DNA of 64,000 nt from a virus: positions 23,878 through 87,877 of IMG/VR virus record IMGVR_UViG_3300032322_001295. One strand, written 5' to 3'. Below, in pieces: positions 1 to 8,559 of the stretch. A program made the translations under genes and the position numbers. The notes under the pieces were generated by a model. The model did no database searches. It was not told where the DNA came from and saw only the letters and a list, made by a program, of their open reading frames with translations. Each line of letters opens with the position of its first letter. Position 1 is the stretch's first letter.

Positions 1-710
1 AGTTTTTCTACGTCAGCCGGCGCGTTCTCTAAGTTGTGTATATGCATCTTCTCGTTATGAGTTAGCATGATACATTCTGCGAGAACGTGCTTTTTTATTT
101 CATTATCTACAATATCATTGATTTGTTCAAACAGCTCTGTGTATAAAGCTTTTGATTCTGCCAATGCCAGTATAGGACTAAAGTTAATATGTACGTCATA
201 GCCTGCAGCATAAAAATCATTGATAGCCTTTATTCGGTCTACAATCTTTGATGTGTCTGGCTCAAGTATGTCGGATAGTGACTGAGGCATTAGAGAAAAT
301 CTAATCCTTATCTTTCTATTTGGATTATATTCTAGCAGCTTTTGATTGACATACTTTGTAGCAAATGTAGCCATAGAAATAGGATGCTCTACAAAGAAAT
401 CAAATATCTTCTGCCATTCATGATATTTCAAGTGCAAAGCAAAGTCTTCATTGCAAGAAATATCGTAGGTAGTGTACACTGGATGCGTCTGGTTAGGCTT
501 TTTAACTGGTGTAAATAAAGCATGCTTGTTAATGACATCTAGTATTTCATCTACGTTGGTAGCCACAGACAATCCTTCTGGCTTATTACGGCGCATGTAA
601 CAATAATGGCACTTATATAAACACCCATGAATAAAAGAAGGAGTAATGAAATCACTACTCCTTCCTGATGGTTTTATATCTAATGCTTTTCTAACTACTT
701 TTGTAATCAT
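1..710 (-). CDS. splB: Spore photoproduct lyase-like radical SAM protein (3' end truncated by the window edge)
   Basis: Not in the ORF track. Manual translation from the ATG at 710 (ATGA overlap with the upstream stop) gives MITKVVRKALDIKPSGRSSDFITPSFIHGCLYKCHYCYMRR...YDISCNEDFALH...ATFATKYVN...RIRFSLMP...GYDVHINFSP...MLTHN. This includes the CxxxCxxC radical-SAM motif and SPL-family motifs. Confidence 0.9.
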   Translation of the reverse strand, partial: MITKVVRKALDIKPSGRSSDFITPSFIHGCLYKCHYCYMRRNKPEGLSVATNVDEILDVINKHALFTPVKKPNQTHPVYTTYDISCNEDFALHLKYHEWQKIFDFFVEHPISMATFATKYVNQKLLEYNPNRKIRIRFSLMPQSLSDILEPDTSKIVDRIKAINDFYAAGYDVHINFSPILALAESKALYTELFEQINDIVDNEIKKHVLAECIMLTHNEKMHIHNLENAPADVEK

Positions 711-1123
711 AGCTTTAGATTTTCTTTTACAATTTTGAATACTTCTTCTGTTTCTTCGTCAGCCCAAAATATAATTTCTTCTTCTTTATTGATATCCCAG
801 TTGTGTAGTTCAAATGACCTGTGCATTAGTTCATGAAAAATAAGTCTTACTGTTTCTACTGTATTATTACATCTACTAAGATTAATAAAAACAAAGAAAT
901 CATCACCATGCTCGTACTCAAAATTATCTTTTTCTGCTTCTGTTAAATGTACAGGAACATAGTTTGAAAAGCCTGCAATGTATGCCTGCTGTTTGTTGTT
1001 CTTGTGCATTACACACTCATCATATTTTAAACCGTGCATTTCTCTTTCACCATAGTAAGTAAAGATTTCACAAGGATCAAAGCTAAGAAGTAATGTATAG
1101 GTTTTGCGATTTATTTCTATCAT
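707..1123 (-). CDS. Small HExxH (zincin-like) protein
   Basis: IFHELMHRSF motif followed by an acidic EEE segment; packed in an operon with its neighbours. Confidence 0.6.
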   Translation of the reverse strand: MIEINRKTYTLLLSFDPCEIFTYYGEREMHGLKYDECVMHKNNKQQAYIAGFSNYVPVHLTEAEKDNFEYEHGDDFFVFINLSRCNNTVETVRLIFHELMHRSFELHNWDINKEEEIIFWADEETEEVFKIVKENLKL

Positions 1124-1124
1124 A

Positions 1125-1403
1125 CTAGTTGTGTTTAAAAGCTTTACACCAGTTTTTGTAGTTCATGTGTGTTTCGGGATGATCGATTGTATTGTAAAGC
1201 CAGTCGAGTATTCTTCCTGCTGGCTGCTTAGTATCTACATCATAACGTATGTCATCAAATCCAAAGTACATAACATCGCCAAAGCATGCTATTGTACCGA
1301 TTTCATTTGCTACCCACGATTCTAGAATCATGTCTTGCTTTTCGCAGAACGCATCCATATATGCTTCTACAATGGCTTTGTATTTAGTCTTTAAGTTGCT
1401 CAT
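1125..1403 (-). CDS. Hypothetical phage protein
   Basis: ORF track; tightly packed in the minus-strand operon. Confidence 0.75.
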   Translation of the reverse strand: MSNLKTKYKAIVEAYMDAFCEKQDMILESWVANEIGTIACFGDVMYFGFDDIRYDVDTKQPAGRILDWLYNTIDHPETHMNYKNWCKAFKHN

Positions 1404-1569
1404 TGAGTTGTTTTATTACGTCTTTAAATCCAAATGGAAAACAAGTATGTTCCCAAAGATAGAAATCACATTGTTCGTCAGACCAGTCGGGCCTAAAATG
1501 TTTCACCCAATCTTTATATGAAGTTTTGTTTGCAATATCCATTGCCATTTCAATTGTTAGTTCTGTCAT
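1384..1569 (-). CDS. Hypothetical phage protein
   Basis: ORF track; AT-rich leader; overlaps the next gene. Confidence 0.7.
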   Translation of the reverse strand: MTELTIEMAMDIANKTSYKDWVKHFRPDWSDEQCDFYLWEHTCFPFGFKDVIKQLNEQLKD

Positions 1570-1594
1570 TGTGTTGTGTTTTATAGTTAAAAAG

Positions 1595-1688
1595 TAGTCC
1601 TGACAGGATTCGAACCTGTAACGTACATCTCATATCTTTGATGCAAGCACTTGATAATAGTTGCGTCTACCAATTCCGCCACAGGACT
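1595..1688 (-). tRNA. tRNA-Leu-like RNA with an aberrant or absent anticodon arm (pseudo-tRNA or tRNA mimic)
   Basis: Reverse complement reads AGTCCTG-TGGCGGAATTGGTAGACGC-[43 nt]-ACAGG-TTCGAAT-CCTGT-CAGGACT-A. It has a perfect 7-bp acceptor stem, a Leu-type D arm, a perfect T arm and discriminator A, but no canonical 5-bp/7-nt anticodon arm. Confidence 0.75.
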
Positions 1689-1695
1689 ATTAAAA

Positions 1696-1789
1696 AAGAA
1701 CACACTTCTGGAGCTTCACCAGCCTTCTAGTATACATTGTACCTCTCAGTTAAGAGTCAGCACTGAGCTTTCTTACTTTGTGTGTTCTT
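1696..1789 (-). ncRNA. Structured tRNA-like small RNA
   Basis: Closing stem AAGAACACAC/GTGTGTTCTT (10 bp), internal stem CTCAGT/ACTGAG, and a T-arm-like CTGG-TGAAGCT-CCAG next to the 3' strand. Confidence 0.55.
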
Positions 1790-1794
1790 AAAAA

Positions 1795-1870
1795 TTGCTG
1801 TCTTTCCAGCTGTCAGGTTAGTTTTTTGTTCAGCGGCCTGCCTGTCTGGAACTCTACCAAAACCAAGTAT
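1795..1870 (-). ncRNA. Phage ncRNA ending in TGACAGCTGGAAAGACAGC (resembles the skipping-rope RNA motif)
   Basis: 3' module TGACA-GCTG-GAAAGA-CAGC; an upstream TTCCAG is complementary to CTGGAA. The family resemblance is from memory and was not searched. Confidence 0.45.
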
Positions 1871-1971
1871 CAATAAGTAAAAATGCGTTTTTAAATTATC
1901 CCCTGAACGCTAACAGTGGCAACATACGATTTGCAATACTTAGTAGTATTATCTTCGTTCCATGCTCAGCG

Positions 1972-2175
1972 CTAAGCAGAGGGCTTGTAGGTTTCATTGT
2001 AGTAGGTTTCAGGTTCATTCTCCACATAAGGATGAAAAAACTTATATTGAAAAGCATCTATTATCTGCTGCTTTTCAAGTTCTAATGCTTGTTCAATTAA
2101 TGGTAAAATCCATCCATTATTTTCTAAAAGATTAGCTTCTTGTACTAACCATTCTACTGCTGTCTGTTTAGGCAT
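1972..2175 (-). CDS. Conserved small Bacteroidota-phage protein (KQTAVEWL...EKQQIIDA...YYNETY type)
   Basis: Recognisable motif pattern common in aquatic Bacteroidota phages. Confidence 0.75.
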   Translation of the reverse strand: MPKQTAVEWLVQEANLLENNGWILPLIEQALELEKQQIIDAFQYKFFHPYVENEPETYYNETYKPSA

Positions 2176-2177
2176 AA

Positions 2178-2462
2178 CTAATAGTTTGATTGTTCATCTA
2201 ATAATGCTTCCTGTAGCCATTCATCCATAGCCTCCCAGTCCATTCCAAATATTTCTTCTGTTTCTTGATCTGTCTTGTACTCTCCATCTACATAGAAGTC
2301 AAGAATCTCAAAGTATGCTTCTTCATCCGGTTCTTCTGGTACGCCTAAGCTATCGCGATAACCTTTACAAAATGGATGATATTGATAATCAAAACTAATT
2401 TTTCTTTCTACTCCGTTTACATCTTCTTTGTAGAATATTGCTTCCGATTTATAACTTTTCAT
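2178..2462 (-). CDS. Hypothetical acidic protein
   Basis: ORF track; operon packing. Confidence 0.75.
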   Translation of the reverse strand: MKSYKSEAIFYKEDVNGVERKISFDYQYHPFCKGYRDSLGVPEEPDEEAYFEILDFYVDGEYKTDQETEEIFGMDWEAMDEWLQEALLDEQSNY

Positions 2463-2859
2463 TTTTCTGCATGTTTTGTCTGTTATAAGCTACATATGAT
2501 AGCTTTACACATTCTTCTGTGAACCAATCTATTTGTTCTTGTGGCATCTTGGATATCAAACCAAATACCGTTGTTGCAGCGGCTACGTTATTAAACGATA
2601 TGTCCTGCAAAATATCGATGTCTTGTTGTTTTGTTGCTTTTGCAAAGATGTTATCTAATAAATAAGTAGCACTTGTCTGCATGTTTTTGAACATCATTTT
2701 ATGCTCATGTTTTAATGTATCTACACCAATCTGTGCAATACAATATTTAACAGTGTTTAATGATGTAAGTAGCATATAGTAATGCTCTTTTCTTATTTGA
2801 TATTCTTCTTTTGTTAGCTCAACTTTTATTTTAACTCTTTTTGCAACTAACTTACTCAT
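2449..2859 (-). CDS. Hypothetical protein
   Basis: ORF track; overlapping start and stop codons. Confidence 0.75.
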   Translation of the reverse strand: MSKLVAKRVKIKVELTKEEYQIRKEHYYMLLTSLNTVKYCIAQIGVDTLKHEHKMMFKNMQTSATYLLDNIFAKATKQQDIDILQDISFNNVAAATTVFGLISKMPQEQIDWFTEECVKLSYVAYNRQNMQKNEKL

Positions 2860-3121
2860 ACTTTAGATGTTTCTTTGCAATCCTACTCATCCAAGCTGTT
2901 AATCTATATTGCCCAACAAACTCTTCGCTATCTGTTATTTCAAATCTCACCACAAAATCTCCAGTAGATTCGTCAAGATAAATATCTTCAATAGTCACTC
3001 CAATGTTAGCGGATGACTCTTCCATATCACGCCGAAACGCCGATATATTGTTGATTAGAGACCTCTCGTCAAAATAAGCAGGTTTTAAAAGGCTTATTTC
3101 TACAGCTTTAATTTTTAGCAT
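2852..3121 (-). CDS. Hypothetical protein
   Basis: ORF track; TAATG coupling. Confidence 0.75.
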   Translation of the reverse strand: MLKIKAVEISLLKPAYFDERSLINNISAFRRDMEESSANIGVTIEDIYLDESTGDFVVRFEITDSEEFVGQYRLTAWMSRIAKKHLKYE

Positions 3122-3333
3122 TACTTTTCTTTTATTACTCTAACAATAGTTTTCTCTGCATAAATATTATTATCCCAATCGCATTCATTATCCGGCAATG
3201 ATGTTGTTAGTCCCGCAGAAGACATAGCGACATGTTTTTCTGCCCATTCTTTTGCTTCGTATAATGATTTAGGACCTACAAATGTGTATTCTACATTGAA
3301 AGTGTACCTAACTTTTACTTTGTATCTGTCCAT
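3121..3333 (-). CDS. Hypothetical protein
   Basis: ORF track; operon packing. Confidence 0.7.
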   Translation of the reverse strand: MDRYKVKVRYTFNVEYTFVGPKSLYEAKEWAEKHVAMSSAGLTTSLPDNECDWDNNIYAEKTIVRVIKEK

Positions 3334-3854
3334 AGCTTTTTAAGATTGCTGATTGATTTGTTAAGACGCATTGGGTTTCTCCAGATTGATTCACATAAGA
3401 TAATGTAATCACTATTGTTTAAAGGGTTTACTAGGTAAACATCAGTTTGCTCTTCCAATATTTCATACTTGTATCGTTTAACTTCATACAATAATATTTC
3501 TCTTATTTCAGTGACATAATAAACCATAGAACCTATTTCAAAGTATTGCTCGTTGTTTTCCGACAAAACCTTGTTAAGATTATCAAGTAACTTACTTATG
3601 CCTTTTTTGGTGCCACACTCGTATAAAATATCATCTTTAGAAAACAGATGTTCTTGGCCGGAAGAAATCATTATTTTATTGGTATCAAAAGTATCTGTAT
3701 AAGTGTAAGATATAAGAAAGCTTTCAAAGAGAGTAGTTGTTTCGCTTTTATTGCTTTTACTCACTTTCTTATTCTTACCATTGGCAATGACAAGCTTTTG
3801 TTTAGAGCTTGTTGAATCTTTTACGCAATAGACACTACCCTTTTTGACGTTCAT
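3315..3854 (-). CDS. Hypothetical protein
   Basis: ORF track; 179 aa. Confidence 0.75.
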   Translation of the reverse strand: MNVKKGSVYCVKDSTSSKQKLVIANGKNKKVSKSNKSETTTLFESFLISYTYTDTFDTNKIMISSGQEHLFSKDDILYECGTKKGISKLLDNLNKVLSENNEQYFEIGSMVYYVTEIREILLYEVKRYKYEILEEQTDVYLVNPLNNSDYIILCESIWRNPMRLNKSISNLKKLWTDTK

Positions 3855-4068
3855 TTTCTAAGAATTCTTTTGTGTATTGCTCTACTTTATCGTAAGCAAA
3901 ATCAATATCCATTCTTACTTTTTCTTTATGAAGTTCTATAACTTTATCCGCATCATCGCTTATCAAACCTATTAAAGTTTGCAATCCGCGCATTTTACCT
4001 TCAAGATAAGTTATTGTTTCTTTCCAAGTTTGTAGCGTCTTGTGGTTTTCCATCTGGCTTTTGCTCAT
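3835..4068 (-). CDS. Hypothetical coiled-coil protein
   Basis: ORF track. Confidence 0.65.
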   Translation of the reverse strand: MSKSQMENHKTLQTWKETITYLEGKMRGLQTLIGLISDDADKVIELHKEKVRMDIDFAYDKVEQYTKEFLENERQKG

Positions 4069-4450
4069 AATATTCTTCTATAAAATGTAAAAAGTTTTTA
4101 ACAAACCATTCTTTGTGTTCTTCGGGAAACTCAACGAAATCAGCAGATCCATAAACTGTGTTGTTTGCTCGTAACATATACCAACAAGCCATATAATCAC
4201 GGCCGTCTTTTGGTTTGTATGTCATGACTTCAAAGTAACCTTTGTCAAATGTAAAAGACTGTGACCACATCTCTACTTCATTGATTACACAATTTGGAGT
4301 ATCATGGCGCATAATATTAAATGAGCTTATCTCCCAGGCTTCATCTGTTACAGCTTCGTAACCAACAAGCTTAACATAGTACATAAAGTCGATAAAGTCA
4401 TCGACAGTTTTCTCCGATTCAATGTATTTTTTTAAGTTAATATATTGCAT
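4001..4450 (-). CDS. Hypothetical protein
   Basis: ORF track 4001..4510; the ATG at 4450 (MQYINL) avoids overlap with the upstream gene. Confidence 0.7.
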   Translation of the reverse strand: MQYINLKKYIESEKTVDDFIDFMYYVKLVGYEAVTDEAWEISSFNIMRHDTPNCVINEVEMWSQSFTFDKGYFEVMTYKPKDGRDYMACWYMLRANNTVYGSADFVEFPEEHKEWFVKNFLHFIEEYYEQKPDGKPQDATNLERNNNLS

Positions 4451-4461
4451 TAAACATTGTA

Positions 4462-4737
4462 TTAAACATCTGAAAACAAGTCTTTTTCTTTTGGCTTGAA
4501 TACAGGCCAAGGATACTCCTTACCATTTTTTACCCAACAGATAACATCTTTGAGATCATACACTTCATAGCCTTTATCAAAAAACATGTCAAGCAGACAT
4601 TCGTTGTCATTTATTTCGTAAGCTCTTAGTAATCTGCCACATTTGGGTTTACCTGTGCCATGACATTTGACTTTCAGATAAACCCCTGTGGCTTTAGCTA
4701 TTTTATAACATTTATCTCTATATTGACGTAAGTTCAT
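4462..4737 (-). CDS. Hypothetical protein
   Basis: ATG at 4737 (MNLRQY) lies directly after a TAnnTTTG element. Confidence 0.65.
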   Translation of the reverse strand: MNLRQYRDKCYKIAKATGVYLKVKCHGTGKPKCGRLLRAYEINDNECLLDMFFDKGYEVYDLKDVICWVKNGKEYPWPVFKPKEKDLFSDV

Positions 4738-4741
4738 CCTA

Positions 4742-4794
4742 CAAAAATACAATACAAAAAGATCAATACATAGAACACTAATACGGCAAATATA
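4742..4794 (-). promoter_or_regulatory. Two Bacteroidota-type -7 promoter elements (TAnnTTTG)
   Basis: TATATTTG at 4794-4787 and TATTTTTG at 4749-4742, in an intergenic gap. Confidence 0.55.
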
Positions 4795-4832
4795 ATTAAT
4801 CTTTTATACATTTTTTGTACATTTTAAGATGT

Positions 4833-5453
4833 TTATATGATACTATTGTCAACAAAAGAATAATACCCATCAATAGTAATAATCAAATGTTCTAGTAGTT
4901 TTAAATCAAGTAATAAAGCTGCGTCTTTTATCTTTCTTGTAAGCGTAATATCGTCTTGTGATGGATTCATACTACCACTAGGATGATTGTGCGCAATGAT
5001 AAAACTAGACACACGATTGTGTTCTAGTATTTTCTTGAACAATATCTTTGTGTCAACAACTGTTGCAGATACACCACCTTTAGAAATTTGTATTGGCTTG
5101 CAAATAGCGACATTATTTCTAGTCAATGGTAAGAAATAAAACTCTTCATGATTTAATAGGCCCATAAACTTAAAATACTGATAGCAATCTTGACTTCTAG
5201 TTATCTGAGCGTTATTTATGTCGGCCGGTACAATATTCTTTGCTATGTGAAGCTTTCTGGCGCCAGTTTTACTCATGCCAATCTTTATATAATCTTCTTC
5301 AGATGCAATCAAAGCGACATACTCATTGGAAAAATGGCCATATAGTTTTTCAGTATCCTTGACGCCGATAAGCTCTTGGATAAGTTCTTTATTTGGCTTT
5401 TTGTAGTCTGCTTCGCTTTCTCTGAATATCATAACTCCTGTGAAATCTTCCAA
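4833..5453 (-). CDS. radC: RadC family JAB-domain protein
   Basis: EEFYFLPL...ISKGGVSATVVD...FIIAHNHPSGSMNPSQDDITLT...LLEHLII: canonical RadC HNHPSG...S..D motif. Confidence 0.92.
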   Translation of the reverse strand: MEDFTGVMIFRESEADYKKPNKELIQELIGVKDTEKLYGHFSNEYVALIASEEDYIKIGMSKTGARKLHIAKNIVPADINNAQITRSQDCYQYFKFMGLLNHEEFYFLPLTRNNVAICKPIQISKGGVSATVVDTKILFKKILEHNRVSSFIIAHNHPSGSMNPSQDDITLTRKIKDAALLLDLKLLEHLIITIDGYYSFVDNSII

Positions 5454-6055
5454 AATGATAATGCTTTTTCCTCTGTTGACTCTTTTAATCTTTCAACAGC
5501 GTTAATGTAAAGATAATGAGGAGAATTGACAAATTCACCAGTTTTCATGTTCAAATAACAGATATGCTCATCAAGTGTATCAAAAGTAGCCTCATCATGA
5601 ACCAACTCTACGTATGGTTTGGTCCTGATATGATTGTCGCTGATAATCTCACCGGAAAAGCATTTGTTAAGTACATACCGATTAAAATTTCTGCTATCTT
5701 TTTTGCTGTACGCAAACACGTTTACTCCATCAGTAACACTGGCAAACTTAGATGCCATGTCCTGCACGTTAGTAATTGGTGCGCTCATTACAATACTGCC
5801 ACCTCTAACAACTGCTATGTAAACAGGAGTTGCTATTGATGTGTGATGTACATAATGAAGATACCAATCCCTGGGATCTGTATGCTGCGTAATGTAGTTC
5901 TCGAAATCCCTGATATTCTTTTCGAATAGTTGATTGAGAAACAAGTTTTGCTGAAATACTGACAAGCCGTCAAAAGAAACAGCTGGGCCGCCGTATACAA
6001 CGACAGCCACAGCAATATTTCTGTTTTGAAACTTGTTAAAAGGAAATGTTTCCAT
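5429..6055 (-). CDS. Hypothetical protein
   Basis: 208-aa ORF translationally coupled to the ParB gene. Confidence 0.8.
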   Translation of the reverse strand: METFPFNKFQNRNIAVAVVVYGGPAVSFDGLSVFQQNLFLNQLFEKNIRDFENYITQHTDPRDWYLHYVHHTSIATPVYIAVVRGGSIVMSAPITNVQDMASKFASVTDGVNVFAYSKKDSRNFNRYVLNKCFSGEIISDNHIRTKPYVELVHDEATFDTLDEHICYLNMKTGEFVNSPHYLYINAVERLKESTEEKALSFWKISQEL

Positions 6056-8094
6056 TAGCTAATAACTTGGTATTTATTCTTATCGTTTTTGTAAGCAAAT
6101 GCTGTTTTGAAGTTAAAGCATTCTTTCACTTTCGTAAAGAACGAAACAAACATTGCTTTTCTTCTCTGCTCTGTATCACTAGACTTTATGATGCCTTTAA
6201 TATCAAATGTCTGTAGCGTAGCATTTGCATTAACAAAGTTATACTCATGCATTAAACTAGCAAGTTCTCTCATTTTGGCATTTAAATCAGTTCCATTTAA
6301 AGTTTCCTCTTTAGTTGCAGCATTAAACATTTCAGTGCCTTTTTCCTGACAAAGTTCTATCATTTTAAGACCAGCAATCATACTATCTGTATCAGCATCA
6401 TCATCAATAGTGCTTAGTATTTGATTTACTAGATTCTTAACACGCATTCTCATGATGAACTCACTGCCTTTATATGGAATACCAATGTTCTTGCAAATGT
6501 AAGTAAGCAATGCTTCGTCGGCTTCATCAATAGAATTATAGATACTTTTGCCTGTTTCGTATACATTGATATAGCACATATCTACAACAAACTTGCGTCT
6601 TGCTTTAGCATCATCGTCAATCTCTTCAGATCTTTCTGTTGCTTTCTCAGTCATATCTGCACGCTTAAGTTCAATAGAACTGTATTCATTCTCGTATTCT
6701 TTCTCCAAATCAATGTTATTGTCTTTAAAGAACATAGTAAGAACATTAGGAGTATAGGATGCCATTGTCATCAGATTAGCTTGTAGAAACACAGTCATCG
6801 CATAAGATGCACCAGCTTTTTCAACAAGGTCTGCGCCATTGCTAATGCTGTCACCAAGTAAATGCTCAATGCAATTACTTAAAGCATTGTTGATGTGCAT
6901 ACCTTTAAAGAAAGCAAGTACAGCATAGTCTAAAGTTGCTCCATCTTGATTAAGTTGCTTCATCAATCTAAACACAACATCTTTCCTTGCTTGCTCTTTC
7001 AAGCTTGTAATCTTACGATTAACACGCTCAATAGCAGCATCTTGCTTTTTCTCAACATAACTTTCTTCTGCTTTGACACTTTCAATCAAAGATGGCTTGA
7101 CAAAGAACTTAATATTGCCATCATAATCCCAGCAAGCAACTTCTTCAGGATGTGTACCCATAGCGCATGATATATATCCCGTTATGTCATATCTGTCAAC
7201 AACTTTGAGTTTGTTTTCATCGATAAACTTTTCCCAATATGCCCTTGATCTAGCTTTTGTTGCATAAATATCAGATGTTCTAGGTCTATCAAACATATTA
7301 CCTACGTTGATGTACCATTTCTCTTCTTTGATATTTGGATGCACATTGCCATCTAAATCAACAAAGCTTTCTTCTGGAACACTTTCAGATATTTCCGGCA
7401 TGCAATAGTTAGACAATCTTACTATTTCTCTATCATCAAGAGCTTCACCTTCTGTATGCAAATCACGATCATAAATCTCGTCAACAATCAATTTTTGTAC
7501 AGCATCAGGCATATCGCACAATGCAGTAGCGCCAGACTCGTCGATAACACCTTCAAAGCAAAGCTTTATAGCTTCTTTGTTTAATGCCGCTATCTTGCGA
7601 AGTGATGTTGCTCTATTTACAGAAATACCAAGCTGACTAGCAATCTTTGGCAATGTCACACCTTTAACAGCAACAGCCTGTCTGATTGCATGGGCCAATG
7701 TAATAAAATGCTGCTCACTGCGAAGTACATTTTCAGTCAATGAATCGACAATGTTAATGCCATCCATAATATAAACTGGGATTTCTGCAGTAGCATCAAT
7801 CTCTTTACACAAATCTTCATAACGAGTAACAAAAGCCATTGCTCGGGTGTAGCCGGCACGAACAACATACTTGCCTTTTACTTGCTCGCAGATGATTGGC
7901 TGCAGCAATAAAGAACCAGTCTTTTTGTAGGTCTCAACCATTGAAACATACATTTTATCAATAGCATCACCATACGGAGTAGCATCATTTACATCATAAT
8001 CTATGCCAGCAAATCTAGGATTAGGTATAGAAAAGTCAAGCAAATCTGGAGTTACTTTCAACATTTCGTTTTTAATTTTAATATTAGAAGCCAT
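6055..8094 (-). CDS. parB: ParB/RepB/Spo0J family protein with a long C-terminal extension
   Basis: PNPR...LLQPII...VVRAGYTRAMA (GxxRxxA CTPase motif)...TENVLR...TLPKIASQLGISVNRATS (HTH); 679 aa. Confidence 0.85.
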   Translation of the reverse strand: MASNIKIKNEMLKVTPDLLDFSIPNPRFAGIDYDVNDATPYGDAIDKMYVSMVETYKKTGSLLLQPIICEQVKGKYVVRAGYTRAMAFVTRYEDLCKEIDATAEIPVYIMDGINIVDSLTENVLRSEQHFITLAHAIRQAVAVKGVTLPKIASQLGISVNRATSLRKIAALNKEAIKLCFEGVIDESGATALCDMPDAVQKLIVDEIYDRDLHTEGEALDDREIVRLSNYCMPEISESVPEESFVDLDGNVHPNIKEEKWYINVGNMFDRPRTSDIYATKARSRAYWEKFIDENKLKVVDRYDITGYISCAMGTHPEEVACWDYDGNIKFFVKPSLIESVKAEESYVEKKQDAAIERVNRKITSLKEQARKDVVFRLMKQLNQDGATLDYAVLAFFKGMHINNALSNCIEHLLGDSISNGADLVEKAGASYAMTVFLQANLMTMASYTPNVLTMFFKDNNIDLEKEYENEYSSIELKRADMTEKATERSEEIDDDAKARRKFVVDMCYINVYETGKSIYNSIDEADEALLTYICKNIGIPYKGSEFIMRMRVKNLVNQILSTIDDDADTDSMIAGLKMIELCQEKGTEMFNAATKEETLNGTDLNAKMRELASLMHEYNFVNANATLQTFDIKGIIKSSDTEQRRKAMFVSFFTKVKECFNFKTAFAYKNDKNKYQVIS

Positions 8095-8105
8095 ACAAAT
8101 GGTTT

Positions 8106-8140
8106 AAAAAGTAGCCTGCACACAGTTTCCTTGTGCAGGC
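8106..8140 (-). terminator. Intrinsic terminator
   Basis: GCCTGCACA...TGTGCAGGC stem followed by TACTTTTT on the minus strand. Confidence 0.65.
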
Positions 8141-8155
8141 ATTGTGAAATAATAT

Positions 8156-8557
8156 TTAGAACGGTAGATCTACAACCGGTTCTTCTTGTGAACAAATCCA
8201 AGAGCCTGATTCATAGTACCAGCCTTCAACCCATGTTGCTTTGTAGCGAACAGTAGACTTTTCAAGCTTAGTGTTGTTGTCAGTCCACTTTTCAAGCTTA
8301 GGCAGTACTCGAACAACAGCCATCTGCTTTTGCATTACAATGTCTTTTATTTGTCTCACAAGCTTTTCGCCATAGGCAATGCAGTTAGCATAATATGGAT
8401 CACTTTCTTGCTTGTTGCCATCTTTGTCTTTCCATACATCTTTGATGAGGATAACAAACTTTACACCAGGTCCTCTTTCAGTTGAAAAGTCTTCTACTTT
8501 AGTGTCAAGGATTTTACCCGACAATTGTGTGCCAGGAAGATACTTCTGTGTTTTCAT
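8156..8557 (-). CDS. ssb: Single-stranded DNA-binding protein (OB fold)
   Basis: SSB-like pattern (WKDKDGNKQE...YANCIAYGE...LEKWTD), acidic C-terminal DLPF tail, located near the ERF gene. Confidence 0.7.
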   Translation of the reverse strand: MKTQKYLPGTQLSGKILDTKVEDFSTERGPGVKFVILIKDVWKDKDGNKQESDPYYANCIAYGEKLVRQIKDIVMQKQMAVVRVLPKLEKWTDNNTKLEKSTVRYKATWVEGWYYESGSWICSQEEPVVDLPF

Positions 8558-8559
8558 GA

